From: a virus
Lineage: Duplodnaviria > Caudoviricetes
DNA length: 63,568 nucleotides
Strand: one strand, 5' to 3'
IMG/VR virus record: IMGVR_UViG_3300009678_000062
Span: 1 to 63,568 of that record
Within the stretch, counting starts at the first letter, position 1; the number at the start of each line of letters is the position of its first letter. The notes under the pieces are model-generated. The model ran no database searches. It saw only the letters and a program-made list of their open reading frames with translations, and had not been told where the DNA came from. This document shows, in pieces, positions 27,883 through 37,795 of this stretch. Both the position numbers and the translations under genes were made by a program.

Positions 27883-28968
27883 ATGCCGCTAAAAGTTAAA
27901 CATGCCTTCGTTTCCGGCAAGCCGGCTGGCGCAGACCCGAGTAAGGTTCAGGGTCCACACTGGGACGCCGACCATGTGATCACTGATGCAGCTACCGGGC
28001 TGCCGGCTACCGGTGGGTTGCTTCCGGTTGGCACTATCATAGATTATGCCGGGCATACGGTTCCTCCGGGCTGGCTTGAGTGTGCCGGTCAGGGAGTTCT
28101 CGTTTCAGCATATCCAGCATTATTCGCGGCTCTAACTAAAAATGGCGATGGTGTCACCATAAGTCTAGGCGCACCAGCAGTTATTAGCTGGGCAAATCAT
28201 GGATTGAGGCCAACTGATACTGTGCAGTTTGAGGGTACTGGAACGTTTCCGCCGGAAATTGTACCGGGTGCGAAGTACTATATTAGTGGGATTGGCTTCA
28301 CTGCCAACTCGTTTTCAATTACGTCAGTGTATGAGGGCGCTCCGATCAACACGACGGGTGTTATATCGGGGGTATTTTCTTGTTATCATGCCCCCTGGGG
28401 TTGGCCCACCGGAGATGTTTTTCATGTTCCGGATTTACGTGAGTCGGTTACGGCGGGTCTGTCGTATATGGGTGCAGGGGCTCCGTCCGACTGGATGCCA
28501 GATAACTTTTCGATGGGTGAATGGGTCGGCGAGGAATATACGACGTTGCTTGTTAGCCACATGCCGGCGCATGCTCATAGCGGTTGGACTGCCCAAAACG
28601 ACGTCCAGCATACTCACGCGATTAGCGGTACGGGTACCGGCAGTGGCGCGACTGATTTCCGTGATCTGTCGCATGCTCATATTATTGAGCATGAGCAATG
28701 GGACGAGGCGCAGGGCGGCGCTGGCCACAAAGTACTTCAGCCCGACAATGAGGGGGGATCATCCGGTAACTTCGCCAAGTTGACAGAAATCAGCCCGCCT
28801 CACCTGCACCATAACCACGGTTTCAGTGTCACCGTCTCACTTTCGGGCAGTATCGGTACTGACTCGCCAGAGCACTATCACGCGATAGCTGTCGAAGGTT
28901 CCAGCGCGCCGCATAGCAGTATGCAGCCCACTACGTTCGTTCGTAAGATAATTTATGCAGGCGTATGA
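27883..28968 (+). CDS. tail collar domain fibre protein
   Basis: PVGTIIDYAG...PPGWLECAG...YPALFAAL...FHVPDLR...HxH repeats...MQPT...IIYAG. Confidence 0.85.
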   Translation: MPLKVKHAFVSGKPAGADPSKVQGPHWDADHVITDAATGLPATGGLLPVGTIIDYAGHTVPPGWLECAGQGVLVSAYPALFAALTKNGDGVTISLGAPAVISWANHGLRPTDTVQFEGTGTFPPEIVPGAKYYISGIGFTANSFSITSVYEGAPINTTGVISGVFSCYHAPWGWPTGDVFHVPDLRESVTAGLSYMGAGAPSDWMPDNFSMGEWVGEEYTTLLVSHMPAHAHSGWTAQNDVQHTHAISGTGTGSGATDFRDLSHAHIIEHEQWDEAQGGAGHKVLQPDNEGGSSGNFAKLTEISPPHLHHNHGFSVTVSLSGSIGTDSPEHYHAIAVEGSSAPHSSMQPTTFVRKIIYAGV

Positions 28969-29088
28969 TGAAGTCGGATCGTCCGAAAAAGTTACCCAGC
29001 TTGAAGACGGTCCTACGCCGCAAGCAGCCAACTGGCTGGACCCAGGGTGGGTCGAGCAATAACAAGGGAGCCAAACCGGCAGCGAGAG

Positions 29089-29352
29089 ATGGTGAGAAAA
29101 AAGGGAAATTTTGACGAGTGGGCCGAGCAACCCGATGGTGCAGCGGTCGAAGCTGAGGTGACCGACGACGGCTACGACAAGCCTGAGAATGATCCGGTCA
29201 GGGTGAAGATCAAGGAAGAAGCGCCGCCGCCTGCAGCGGAGGTCAGCCCGAGCACCAAGGCGGAAATGGAAGCCGGAGCCAAGGCGATCGCTGACGCTGA
29301 GGAGAGCAAGAGACTCGCTAGGGAAGCCGAAGCGAAGGCGAATAAGCCTTAA
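29089..29352 (+). CDS. hypothetical acidic protein
   Basis: Tiles before the nozzle gene; stop lies in palindrome 29350. Confidence 0.6.
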   Translation: MVRKKGNFDEWAEQPDGAAVEAEVTDDGYDKPENDPVRVKIKEEAPPPAAEVSPSTKAEMEAGAKAIADAEESKRLAREAEAKANKP

Positions 29353-29368
29353 CTATTGAAAGTGAGTC

Positions 29369-31135
29369 ATGCCGACTATCAAGATTGGCACCTTTGGCGG
29401 CATGCTTCCGGCAATAGATGAAAACCTGTTGCCGGATACTGCCGCAGTTTACGCCGAGAATAGTTTCTTATATTCCGGTGCGCTGCGACCGCTGCCCAAG
29501 TCCAAGGAGTTGCACACGCTGGCTGCACCGGGTTCGGGCTTTGTTTATCGCATCCCCAAAATCTACGAGGATGCCGATTACCTCTACGATAGCTACTGGA
29601 TGGAGTTCGCCAGCCCGAACACTAACGTGCTCCGGGCTCAGGTGTTTAACGATACTCACGACCGTTATTATTTTTTCTCCGACTCTATGCCACCGCTTTA
29701 TAACACCAAGGCGCGCATCCTTGCTGGGCAGCAGGCATTTTTGCTGGGTCTCAATCCCCCACTTGTAGCGCCCGGCGTCACGCCTGTCGGCGGTGTCGAC
29801 GTTACGCATACCCGTGGCTACCTGTACACATGGGTGACCGAATATGGCGAGGAGAGCGCGCCGTCGCCGCCGACGATCGTCACCAATAAGATCGACGCCG
29901 CTTACGACATCACGATGACCCCGCCGCTTATTACCGACCAGGGACCGGCCGGGCCCGACCGCAACATCACCAAGGTGCGGATCTACCGCACGGTAACCTC
30001 CGAGGCCGGGGTGGCGACGTGGTACTTCGTTGTCGAGCAGCTGTGCACCGATACCACCTATACTGACACCGCGACCGACGCCGAAGTTGCGCTCAGGGGC
30101 GAACTGGAGAGCATGTTCTATACGCCGCCGCCCGCCAATCTGATTGGTGCGGTGACCATGCCCAACGGCATGGTGGCAGCGTGGACTGGCGGCATCGGCG
30201 AGCATGGCGACGATATCTGGTTTTGCGAGCCGTACCGGATGCACGCGTGGCCGGCTAAATACGGACAGTCGGTCGAGTACCCGGTGATTGGATTGGGGGT
30301 GGTCGGCCAGTCGCTGGTGATCTGCACCAATGGCTATCCGGTGATCGCGACCGGGCCTAATCCTGCGTTCATATCGATGGCGCAGCTGACGATCTTCGAG
30401 CCCTGCCTAAGTCGCGGATCGATCTTGTCGGCGCCGGAGGGCGTCTACTACGCCTCGCCGAGCGGACTGCAGCTGCTAGCACCGGGAAGCATCCAGAATA
30501 TCACGCGGGCGGCTGCGACCAAAGATAAGTGGCAACGGCTGACGTCGTTGACGGCGCTGCGTGCCGCGCGTCTCGGTACGGCGTATTACGCTTACGGCAG
30601 TGCCCGTTTCGGCGTGTTCGACGAGAGTGCCTTTGAGCAGGCCCACTTCGAGCAGGAAGATTTTACCGGTGCCCATCTCGGGGTGCTGATCGATCCGGCA
30701 TCGCCCAACACCGGCATCGTCCAGCTGCGTAGTGATGCCTCGATAGTCAACGTCATCACCGACCCGTGGTCGGGCGAGCTTTTCATCATCAAGGAAGGCA
30801 AGGTCCACTGGCTGGATATGGTCGACCTTGAGACGTCGCTTGAGGTCAGCATCTGGAACAGCAAGGTTTTCCAGACTAATCAGGTCAAGAATTTCGGGGC
30901 GCTGCGGCTGTATTTCGACGTGCTGCCGGGGTCGACCCCCGGTGACTATGGCCGGGTGCAGGTCATTGCCGACGGCGAGATCGTGGCGATGGACCGGCCG
31001 ATCGTCAAGTCGGGGCAGCTGATGCGTCCGTCGTCCGGTTTCAAAGCCGACTTCTGGCAGCTCAGGCTCACCACGCAGGTCAAGCTCAAGTCGGTGCAGA
31101 TGGCGAATAGCGTCAAGGAACTCAATCAGGTATAG
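29369..31135 (+). CDS. tail nozzle / DNA stabilisation protein
   Basis: 588 aa, beta-rich; YLYTWVT...GEESAPSPP...RIYRT...FCEPY...HAWP; precedes the ejection proteins. Confidence 0.75.
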   Translation: MPTIKIGTFGGMLPAIDENLLPDTAAVYAENSFLYSGALRPLPKSKELHTLAAPGSGFVYRIPKIYEDADYLYDSYWMEFASPNTNVLRAQVFNDTHDRYYFFSDSMPPLYNTKARILAGQQAFLLGLNPPLVAPGVTPVGGVDVTHTRGYLYTWVTEYGEESAPSPPTIVTNKIDAAYDITMTPPLITDQGPAGPDRNITKVRIYRTVTSEAGVATWYFVVEQLCTDTTYTDTATDAEVALRGELESMFYTPPPANLIGAVTMPNGMVAAWTGGIGEHGDDIWFCEPYRMHAWPAKYGQSVEYPVIGLGVVGQSLVICTNGYPVIATGPNPAFISMAQLTIFEPCLSRGSILSAPEGVYYASPSGLQLLAPGSIQNITRAAATKDKWQRLTSLTALRAARLGTAYYAYGSARFGVFDESAFEQAHFEQEDFTGAHLGVLIDPASPNTGIVQLRSDASIVNVITDPWSGELFIIKEGKVHWLDMVDLETSLEVSIWNSKVFQTNQVKNFGALRLYFDVLPGSTPGDYGRVQVIADGEIVAMDRPIVKSGQLMRPSSGFKADFWQLRLTTQVKLKSVQMANSVKELNQV

Positions 31136-31137
31136 CA

Positions 31138-31380
31138 ATGCCAACAGAAAGAGCCCTGCGGCTGGCGTCGATACCGGAACCGACTTCGACTATTCCGGGT
31201 CTGCACGCTACCGCTTATGCCCTGAAAAACAACATCGACGTGCTTACCGGGGCGATCGGACCCAAGGAGCAGCGCGCGGTGACGTTTGTCGATCTGGTCA
31301 ATATGGGGCTGATCACGATGGATCAGATCCCTCCGAAACACGGCGATGCGCCGAGCGGGAAGGTGCTCGATGGCTACTAA
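31138..31380 (+). CDS. small virion-module protein
   Basis: RAVTFVDLVNMGL motif; follows the nozzle gene. Confidence 0.65.
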   Translation: MPTERALRLASIPEPTSTIPGLHATAYALKNNIDVLTGAIGPKEQRAVTFVDLVNMGLITMDQIPPKHGDAPSGKVLDGY

Positions 31381-32680
31381 CGCCCAGGATGGGATCAATC
31401 TTCCAAGCTATAAGGGCTTGATGAAGGCGATCAAGAAAACTGGCAAAAAAGATAAGGCGATGGCTCACAACCAGATGCAGTGGGCCAAGAAATTTTACAA
31501 GAACGCCAAGAAGCTCAACAAGGATGTTGTCGCCGATCTGCAGGAAGTCATGGACTTCCAGTTGGCCAACATGAAGGAGGATCGTGACCGCTACGTTGGT
31601 ATCTATCAACCGCTCGAGGATGAACAAATCGCCGAGATCAACGAGTTTCAGGGGCGGGTGTCGGACTTCGATGCCGAGGTCCAGAAGCTCAAGGAAGACG
31701 CTCTCGCCTTCAAGTCTGAGGCCAACCAGCAATACATGGCGGGCAAGGCGGTTGCCGGTGTCAATCAGGCGTTTGCGGCCAAAAAAGCTGAAACTGAGCG
31801 GGCGCTGCTCGACATGGGGGTCAACCCCAACTCGGGCGCATCGCAGTCGCTGACCGCCGGTCTGGCCGCTGCCGAAGGTGCAGCACAGGCGGGAGCGGGA
31901 ACGGTAGCGGCTGATGCCGCCAGGCAGGAAGGTGACGCTCGCTACATGGCGGCGCTGGGCGAGGAGGTTAAGGCGGCAGCGCTGGCGGAAACCGGGCTTC
32001 GCATGCAAGCTGGCATGGTTGCCGTTGGCCAGAGCTATCCGGGGCAGATCGCGGTTCAGGCCGGGCAGGTCGGGACGGCAGGGGCGCAGGCAGTCGACAG
32101 TACCGTCGCGATCGGTGATGCGGCGACCCGTGCCCGGTCGCTCGCCGCCGAATATGCCCGTCTTAATGCTGCCAATCTGTCGACGTGGACCGACGCGCTG
32201 GGTAGTCAGGCCACCAATTCGATCAACGCCTACAATGCCGACACTCAGCGGCAGATGGCCGAAGCGCAGCAGAGCTCCGGGATAGGTAGCGCCCTCGGCG
32301 CTGGCGCTGCCGTTCTGAAGAGTTTTGTTCCATTCGCCGCAACTGGTGGTGCGGTTGAGGTTGAGCATGCTCAACCCGGTGTGCAGTTTATGTATGACGG
32401 TGGTGGGGTTGCCGATCCCAACCTGTCGGATACTGGCGGAGCTACCGGCAACTATCGTCCGACCGGTCCGACCTCTGCCGCATCGCAAGGTACAGATACG
32501 GCTCCTGCCATGCTAACTCCCGGCGAGTTCGTCATCCCCAGGCACGTCGTTGATTGGAAGGGGCAGGAGTTTTTCCAAAAACTGATCAAGAGCGTGCCCG
32601 AGAAGAAGCAGGATATGGTAAACCAGACGGGGGCAAAGATCACCATGCGTCCGATGGCTACGGGTGCTCTAACCATCTAA
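31370..32680 (+). CDS. putative ejection (internal virion) protein
   Basis: Ala/Gln-rich helical protein; C-terminal DTAPAMLTPGEFVIP motif. Confidence 0.7.
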   Translation: MATNAQDGINLPSYKGLMKAIKKTGKKDKAMAHNQMQWAKKFYKNAKKLNKDVVADLQEVMDFQLANMKEDRDRYVGIYQPLEDEQIAEINEFQGRVSDFDAEVQKLKEDALAFKSEANQQYMAGKAVAGVNQAFAAKKAETERALLDMGVNPNSGASQSLTAGLAAAEGAAQAGAGTVAADAARQEGDARYMAALGEEVKAAALAETGLRMQAGMVAVGQSYPGQIAVQAGQVGTAGAQAVDSTVAIGDAATRARSLAAEYARLNAANLSTWTDALGSQATNSINAYNADTQRQMAEAQQSSGIGSALGAGAAVLKSFVPFAATGGAVEVEHAQPGVQFMYDGGGVADPNLSDTGGATGNYRPTGPTSAASQGTDTAPAMLTPGEFVIPRHVVDWKGQEFFQKLIKSVPEKKQDMVNQTGAKITMRPMATGALTI

Positions 32681-32698
32681 CTATGGATAGTTAACGAG

Positions 32699-35600
32699 AT
32701 GTCGTTCGCCGCCGAGATGAAGGACTTCGTCAGCGCATTCAGCACTATATCCGAAGTGCTGGGGACGCCGGAGTCGCGCGAAGCCGAACGCCTCAACAAT
32801 GAGGCACGGCGGGCGTCGATTGATCTCACCAGGGCTCGCACTGGTGAGATCATGGGACCGTTATACGAGGCCGAGGACGCGCTTCCCGGCATTGTGGGGG
32901 GACAGGGATGGGGCACGCCACCGGGTGGGGTTGGCGACGCCACGGTTGCCGATACTGCCACTCCGAAGGATTACGTCCCGTCGATAGTCGGAGGAGTCCG
33001 CCCCGGCACGCCAGCGCCGCCGCATCCCGGCAGCGCCGCAGCGGCGATCGTTCCAGCGCCACCCCCTAACCCTACACGCACCGTTGCAGCGCGTCCGACG
33101 GATACGCGCGGTTCAGGCGGTGCAGTTGGTGATGTCGGTGTGGCCGGTGCGGCCAGCGTGCCGACACGGGGATATAAAGTCGACATCATCGATCGCACCA
33201 ACTGGCAGATGACGCCGCGTGCGCTGCGGATCGCCGACGCTATGCAGGTACGAGCGGCTCAGTTTGGCATCCAGATGGTAGCGACGGCAGGTGCAGGTGG
33301 CGGACACCGCAGCCACAGGTACGGCACTGAAAGCGATTGGGTTGGTTACAAGATGAGCGCTGGTGGTCAGCGCCTTCGCAAGTGGAACACATACGAGCGG
33401 GCGCAGATCGCTGCAGCGGGTGGCAGTGTTGGAGCCAATCGTTTCGGGCTCTACCCCGGCGGATCGCTGCATGTTGGCTATGCGGGCGATGGACGTCCGT
33501 CGGCGATGTGGGGCGCCGGCGGTATTCTTACCGGGCCGTCCTCGCGTAATTACAAGGATCCATATGATCGTTGGCTGCTGAGCTCGTTCCAGTCCGGCAA
33601 GCTGTACGGAATGAAGAACTTCGACACTGCTGGCGGCGAAATGGGGGCTGCCGGTGCAGTTGGTGCGGCTGGCGCAGTTGGTGCTTCGCTGGAAAGTATC
33701 ATCAGTCTGGAAGCTCGCCGTCGCAACATCCCCGAGAGTATTGCTTTGCGGGTAGCACGTTCCGAAGGTCTGGCTCCCGGCGTTTGGCAGTCTAACGTCA
33801 GGACCAGGAAAGGTGGACGGGAAACTTCCTTCGGTCCGTACCAGCTGCTGGTGGGTGGTGGGCTAGGTGATGCATTTCAGGCTGCTGGCTATGGCGACCT
33901 GCGTGATACTCGCACGGCTCATAGGCAGATCCAGTTTGCGCTCGATGAAGCAGTCAAAAACGGCTGGGGGGCATGGTACGGCGCTGCCAAGGAGGGGATA
34001 GGCAATCGTGAGGGGCTTGAGAATGCCCGCGTCATGGGCGTCGACGCGGGCGACTATACAGGGGATCTTGGCGTCAGCAGCAGCGGTGGAATGTCGGCGC
34101 AATACGGCGGGGGCGGGGGCGGGGGTGGCGGTGCACCGGCCGAGGCTTACGCCAAGGATGACGACCCGATGGAGGCGTATCCCCAGCCGGAAGAACCTCA
34201 GACAGATGCCGCTGCCAAGGATGACGAACTGGCAGCGTACCAGACGGAAGCCCGCACCAAGGACGACGAGCTTATCTCGCCGAAGGCGCGCGGTGATATC
34301 GTTCACCACATCCAGAAGGGTGACTACCTTATCAAGCTGGCCGAGGAGTACAACCTCGACAGCTACATGGCGATTGTCGAGGCCAACCCGCAGATCGTCG
34401 ATCCCGACCTGATCTACGCGGGTGAGGATCTGATCATCCCCGGTGGCGGCGCAGTCGATGCCGGTCCGGAAGATGCCCGCACCAAGGATGATTTCCGGGC
34501 GGAGGATGCGCCGACCAAGGACGATCGGGAAGCCAACGTTCCAACGCCGCCTCGTCGCCCGGCGCTCGATACGCGCGAGAAGGACGATTTTAGCGTTGTC
34601 GATCAGCGTCAACGTGACGATCTCGAAGCTAACGTTCCGCTACCGCGCTCACGTCCTCCCGGCGATACCACTGCTGCCTACAGGACATATCCTGCCACGG
34701 TGCGTCCGGCTGGCGGGCTTGGTGCCCTGCCGCCCGACGAGGGCTACACTCCGACCAGTCGCCCCGAGGATAATCCACAGGGCTACACGCCGATGGATCG
34801 TCGCGGCTCGGGGCCGTCGACCAGTTACACTCCCGCGACTGAAGTTGATCCTCAGGACGAGCTCGAGCTCGCCTACGCTCGGCGCGAAGAAATTAAAAAC
34901 GGCAGCCGCCCTGCCAACGTTAAATCTCTTATGCTCCACGCGATCCTCGTCAAGATTGCCCAGCTTGAGCGGCAGCTCGGGATCGGCATCCCGGGTCGGG
35001 CTGCAGACGGAACGCCGTTCTCGTCGGACCGGCCGACGGAAGGTGCCGCTTTGGCGGGCAAGAAGGCGTCTGACTACCGGTCGAACATTCAGGCGCGTGG
35101 GGTTTCTCCGGGAGCCGTGGATGAAGCTACGTCTGAGTTCTACAACGAGCTGCGGCGCGGCGCGATCGAGGATCGGCTTCCTCGCCCGGCCGCTGAAACC
35201 GGTGCACCGGGGGCTGGTGGGGCAGTTGGCGATCCCGGAGTGATTGGTGCTGCTGGTGGCGAGTCGCTCGACGCTGCCGCTCCGATGCAGGAGCCGGTTT
35301 CCTACAGCGATATGACCCCGGTCGAGCAGTCGAACGCGCTGGTGACTGACCAATGGCGTATTTCTCACACTGGTCACGTCGTGCGTCCGGATGGCAGGGA
35401 ATATCCCGACGACACGTTCAGAGCCGGTAAGGACAGCGCTCTGCGCGGGCGCACCTGGATGGCCAATACGGTTTTCGGCGAAGGCGTGGACGCAGGCGAC
35501 GCAGCGGAGGACAGTGCTCCCGATAACGGCCTGCCGGATGCTGCCACCACGCTCTATGCTGGCGGACGGATGGCGGTGCACCCGTCGTTGTATAAGCAGG

Positions 35601-37789
35601 CCGAAAATGAGGTGCGGACTTGGGCGGAGGCGAACGGACACGAGCTTACTCCCAGCGAACTGGCGACGCGGACGCAGGGTGCAATTTATAGCTACTGGAT
35701 GATGCGCGATCCCGACAAAGCCGAGAAGGTTGCGGCGGGGCTCATGCAGTATCGCCAGCTCCGCTACAACCAATACTCGGCGATTGGCAAGGCGGCGCTG
35801 TCGGAAGGCGATCCCGAAAAAGCAGTAGAAGCGGCAATGGCTGCCTACGCTGAAATTCCCGATGGCCGCGACTTCGACGTCAAGGGTGACGCCTCGACCG
35901 GCTACACGGTGCGCTATACCGACGAGGAAACCGGCAAGGTCATCAACGAGAAGGTGCTCACCCCGGACGAGATGTTCGGTATGATCATGAACATGGCACC
36001 GGGCGACGTGGACAAGTTCCTCGTCAAGGCGGCGGGTGAGGATGCGCTGCCCGAGGCGTCGCCGGAACTGACCCGGCTGATTGCCGATCTCGAAGATACG
36101 CCCCCGGGCCAGCGTCCGTCTTACGATGCGGTTGGTGCTGCTGCGCTCGATGCCGACGAGCAGCAGCTTTACAACAACAAGATCAACCAGATGCTCGACG
36201 ACTGGAAGGCGGACCCCGCCAACGATCCTGCCCGTATTCGCCAGCGCAACACGGTCAATCAGGTCCTTGGACCAGAAGATGCGGCTGCCGCACCGACCGG
36301 TGCGAGTGCAGGGACACCAGCGGCGACTGCGGCACCGGCTGGAGCGGTTGATACTGGCGACGCGGGACCCCCCGCTGTCGCGCCGACGACTGCAACTCCG
36401 GTTCCAGAAAGTAAGCCGCTGGAAGTTGCGCCCGGCGTCTATGCACCTGGCGATGACAAGACCTTCGGGCTGGGTCCACCGCGAGAAGTTGATTTGCGCC
36501 GGGCAGTGGGGGCCGACGATCCAGCGTTTGGCCTGGATCTGGAGCAGGCCAAGAACACGCAAGAGGTTGCACGCTACAATCGTACACTCGCGCAGCGGCA
36601 GATTGCGTACTACGACTGGCTGGTCAGGCAGGTGGAAAAGCCCGAGGAGAAGCCGGAAGGTTGGGGTGCGCCTGATACGATGCCGGGCGGGTGGCTGGGC
36701 GATGCTCCGATGTACGAGGAGGGGTTGAAGGGATCGCTGGTCAAGGCGCAGCGTGGTCAGCCGTGGCTGGCACCGGCTATTGCGCCGCTGCTTCCTCCGG
36801 GTCCGACAGATGGTGGGCCCGAAGGCTACAACATGCCTCCGAAGCCAGAGTTCAACCCTGACAGCATTCTCGGCCTGCCCAAGGAATACCAGGACAACCT
36901 GACCTTCAAGGCGGAGCGCGCTTTAACGGCGTGGACGGAACTACGTGCGAAGCGCGCAGCGGCGTACACTGCGGCTGCCGACGCGATCAAGCCGAATGGG
37001 CGGGAGCTGTATAAGGGCGAGGCGAAGGATATCTACGACGACGTCAACACCACAATTACGACGATAGAGGAAAGCGACGAAGGCAAAAAGCATCCCGAAT
37101 TAACGACGCATCTCCGCACCTACCAGAATATGATTGCCGATGCCGCACAACGTATTATCGAGAAGAACGGCACCGGAGCACCACTGGCTATCGAGATAGC
37201 GTCGGATATGGTGGTGGCCAATCGGGCGCAGCCGTCCGTGCCTAACTGGCGGTCGTGGCCGTCGAACGAGCCGGGTGTTACCCTTGTGCAGCCCTATCTC
37301 AATAACAGGCCGGATGGGGCGGTCGTGTCTATACCCAATTCGACGTTTGAACCGCTCTCCTTGGCTTGGCAGGAGGATGCCAACCGGTTGATCGCTGCCG
37401 GTGCTGCTTCCTACGAGGCCAAGAAGTTCGCCAGTGGTGGCACGCTGCCGATCGGCGTCAGCGCCGAAGAACCCAGCACGGTCGATAAAATCATCGATAC
37501 GGGTACCGGAGCGGTCGGTGATCTCAGTCCGGAAGGTTTAGGTAACCTGATTGGCAAGGGGCTATACGGTGTCGGCGAGGCTGCGGTTAAGGGCGTGTGG
37601 CCTTTTGTCGACAAGGGGCTGTACGCTGTCGGCGAGGCTGCGGTCGAGGGTATAGGCAATAGCGGTGTGACTGTTGGTGGTGACAGGTATGAGCTGAACG
37701 ATCTGGCTGACTGGGTCAAACGCGCAGCCCAACCACCGAACATCAGGCGCGATAATCCGGACCTTTTTCCGCCTCCGACTCCCCGGTAA
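32699..37789 (+). CDS. large ejection protein with LysM, lysozyme/transglycosylase-like and possible M15 peptidase-like regions
   Basis: LysM HHIQKGDYLIKLAEEY...ANPQIVDPDLIYAGEDLIIP; IALRVARSEG...SFGPYQL...GWGAW; SHRYGTESD...LHVG. Confidence 0.75.
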   Translation: MSFAAEMKDFVSAFSTISEVLGTPESREAERLNNEARRASIDLTRARTGEIMGPLYEAEDALPGIVGGQGWGTPPGGVGDATVADTATPKDYVPSIVGGVRPGTPAPPHPGSAAAAIVPAPPPNPTRTVAARPTDTRGSGGAVGDVGVAGAASVPTRGYKVDIIDRTNWQMTPRALRIADAMQVRAAQFGIQMVATAGAGGGHRSHRYGTESDWVGYKMSAGGQRLRKWNTYERAQIAAAGGSVGANRFGLYPGGSLHVGYAGDGRPSAMWGAGGILTGPSSRNYKDPYDRWLLSSFQSGKLYGMKNFDTAGGEMGAAGAVGAAGAVGASLESIISLEARRRNIPESIALRVARSEGLAPGVWQSNVRTRKGGRETSFGPYQLLVGGGLGDAFQAAGYGDLRDTRTAHRQIQFALDEAVKNGWGAWYGAAKEGIGNREGLENARVMGVDAGDYTGDLGVSSSGGMSAQYGGGGGGGGGAPAEAYAKDDDPMEAYPQPEEPQTDAAAKDDELAAYQTEARTKDDELISPKARGDIVHHIQKGDYLIKLAEEYNLDSYMAIVEANPQIVDPDLIYAGEDLIIPGGGAVDAGPEDARTKDDFRAEDAPTKDDREANVPTPPRRPALDTREKDDFSVVDQRQRDDLEANVPLPRSRPPGDTTAAYRTYPATVRPAGGLGALPPDEGYTPTSRPEDNPQGYTPMDRRGSGPSTSYTPATEVDPQDELELAYARREEIKNGSRPANVKSLMLHAILVKIAQLERQLGIGIPGRAADGTPFSSDRPTEGAALAGKKASDYRSNIQARGVSPGAVDEATSEFYNELRRGAIEDRLPRPAAETGAPGAGGAVGDPGVIGAAGGESLDAAAPMQEPVSYSDMTPVEQSNALVTDQWRISHTGHVVRPDGREYPDDTFRAGKDSALRGRTWMANTVFGEGVDAGDAAEDSAPDNGLPDAATTLYAGGRMAVHPSLYKQAENEVRTWAEANGHELTPSELATRTQGAIYSYWMMRDPDKAEKVAAGLMQYRQLRYNQYSAIGKAALSEGDPEKAVEAAMAAYAEIPDGRDFDVKGDASTGYTVRYTDEETGKVINEKVLTPDEMFGMIMNMAPGDVDKFLVKAAGEDALPEASPELTRLIADLEDTPPGQRPSYDAVGAAALDADEQQLYNNKINQMLDDWKADPANDPARIRQRNTVNQVLGPEDAAAAPTGASAGTPAATAAPAGAVDTGDAGPPAVAPTTATPVPESKPLEVAPGVYAPGDDKTFGLGPPREVDLRRAVGADDPAFGLDLEQAKNTQEVARYNRTLAQRQIAYYDWLVRQVEKPEEKPEGWGAPDTMPGGWLGDAPMYEEGLKGSLVKAQRGQPWLAPAIAPLLPPGPTDGGPEGYNMPPKPEFNPDSILGLPKEYQDNLTFKAERALTAWTELRAKRAAAYTAAADAIKPNGRELYKGEAKDIYDDVNTTITTIEESDEGKKHPELTTHLRTYQNMIADAAQRIIEKNGTGAPLAIEIASDMVVANRAQPSVPNWRSWPSNEPGVTLVQPYLNNRPDGAVVSIPNSTFEPLSLAWQEDANRLIAAGAASYEAKKFASGGTLPIGVSAEEPSTVDKIIDTGTGAVGDLSPEGLGNLIGKGLYGVGEAAVKGVWPFVDKGLYAVGEAAVEGIGNSGVTVGGDRYELNDLADWVKRAAQPPNIRRDNPDLFPPPTPR

Positions 37790-37795
37790 GCGACA

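Noticed and set aside
25916-28968. Diversity-generating retroelement acting on the fibres
   Set aside because: No reverse transcriptase and no adenine-variant template/variable repeat pair were seen.
34649-36562. 637-aa minus-strand ORF and other long antisense ORFs (e.g. 42923-44128, 31313-32488, 60225-61307)
   Set aside because: Shadows of GC-rich coding genes on the opposite strand, with no RBS or motifs.
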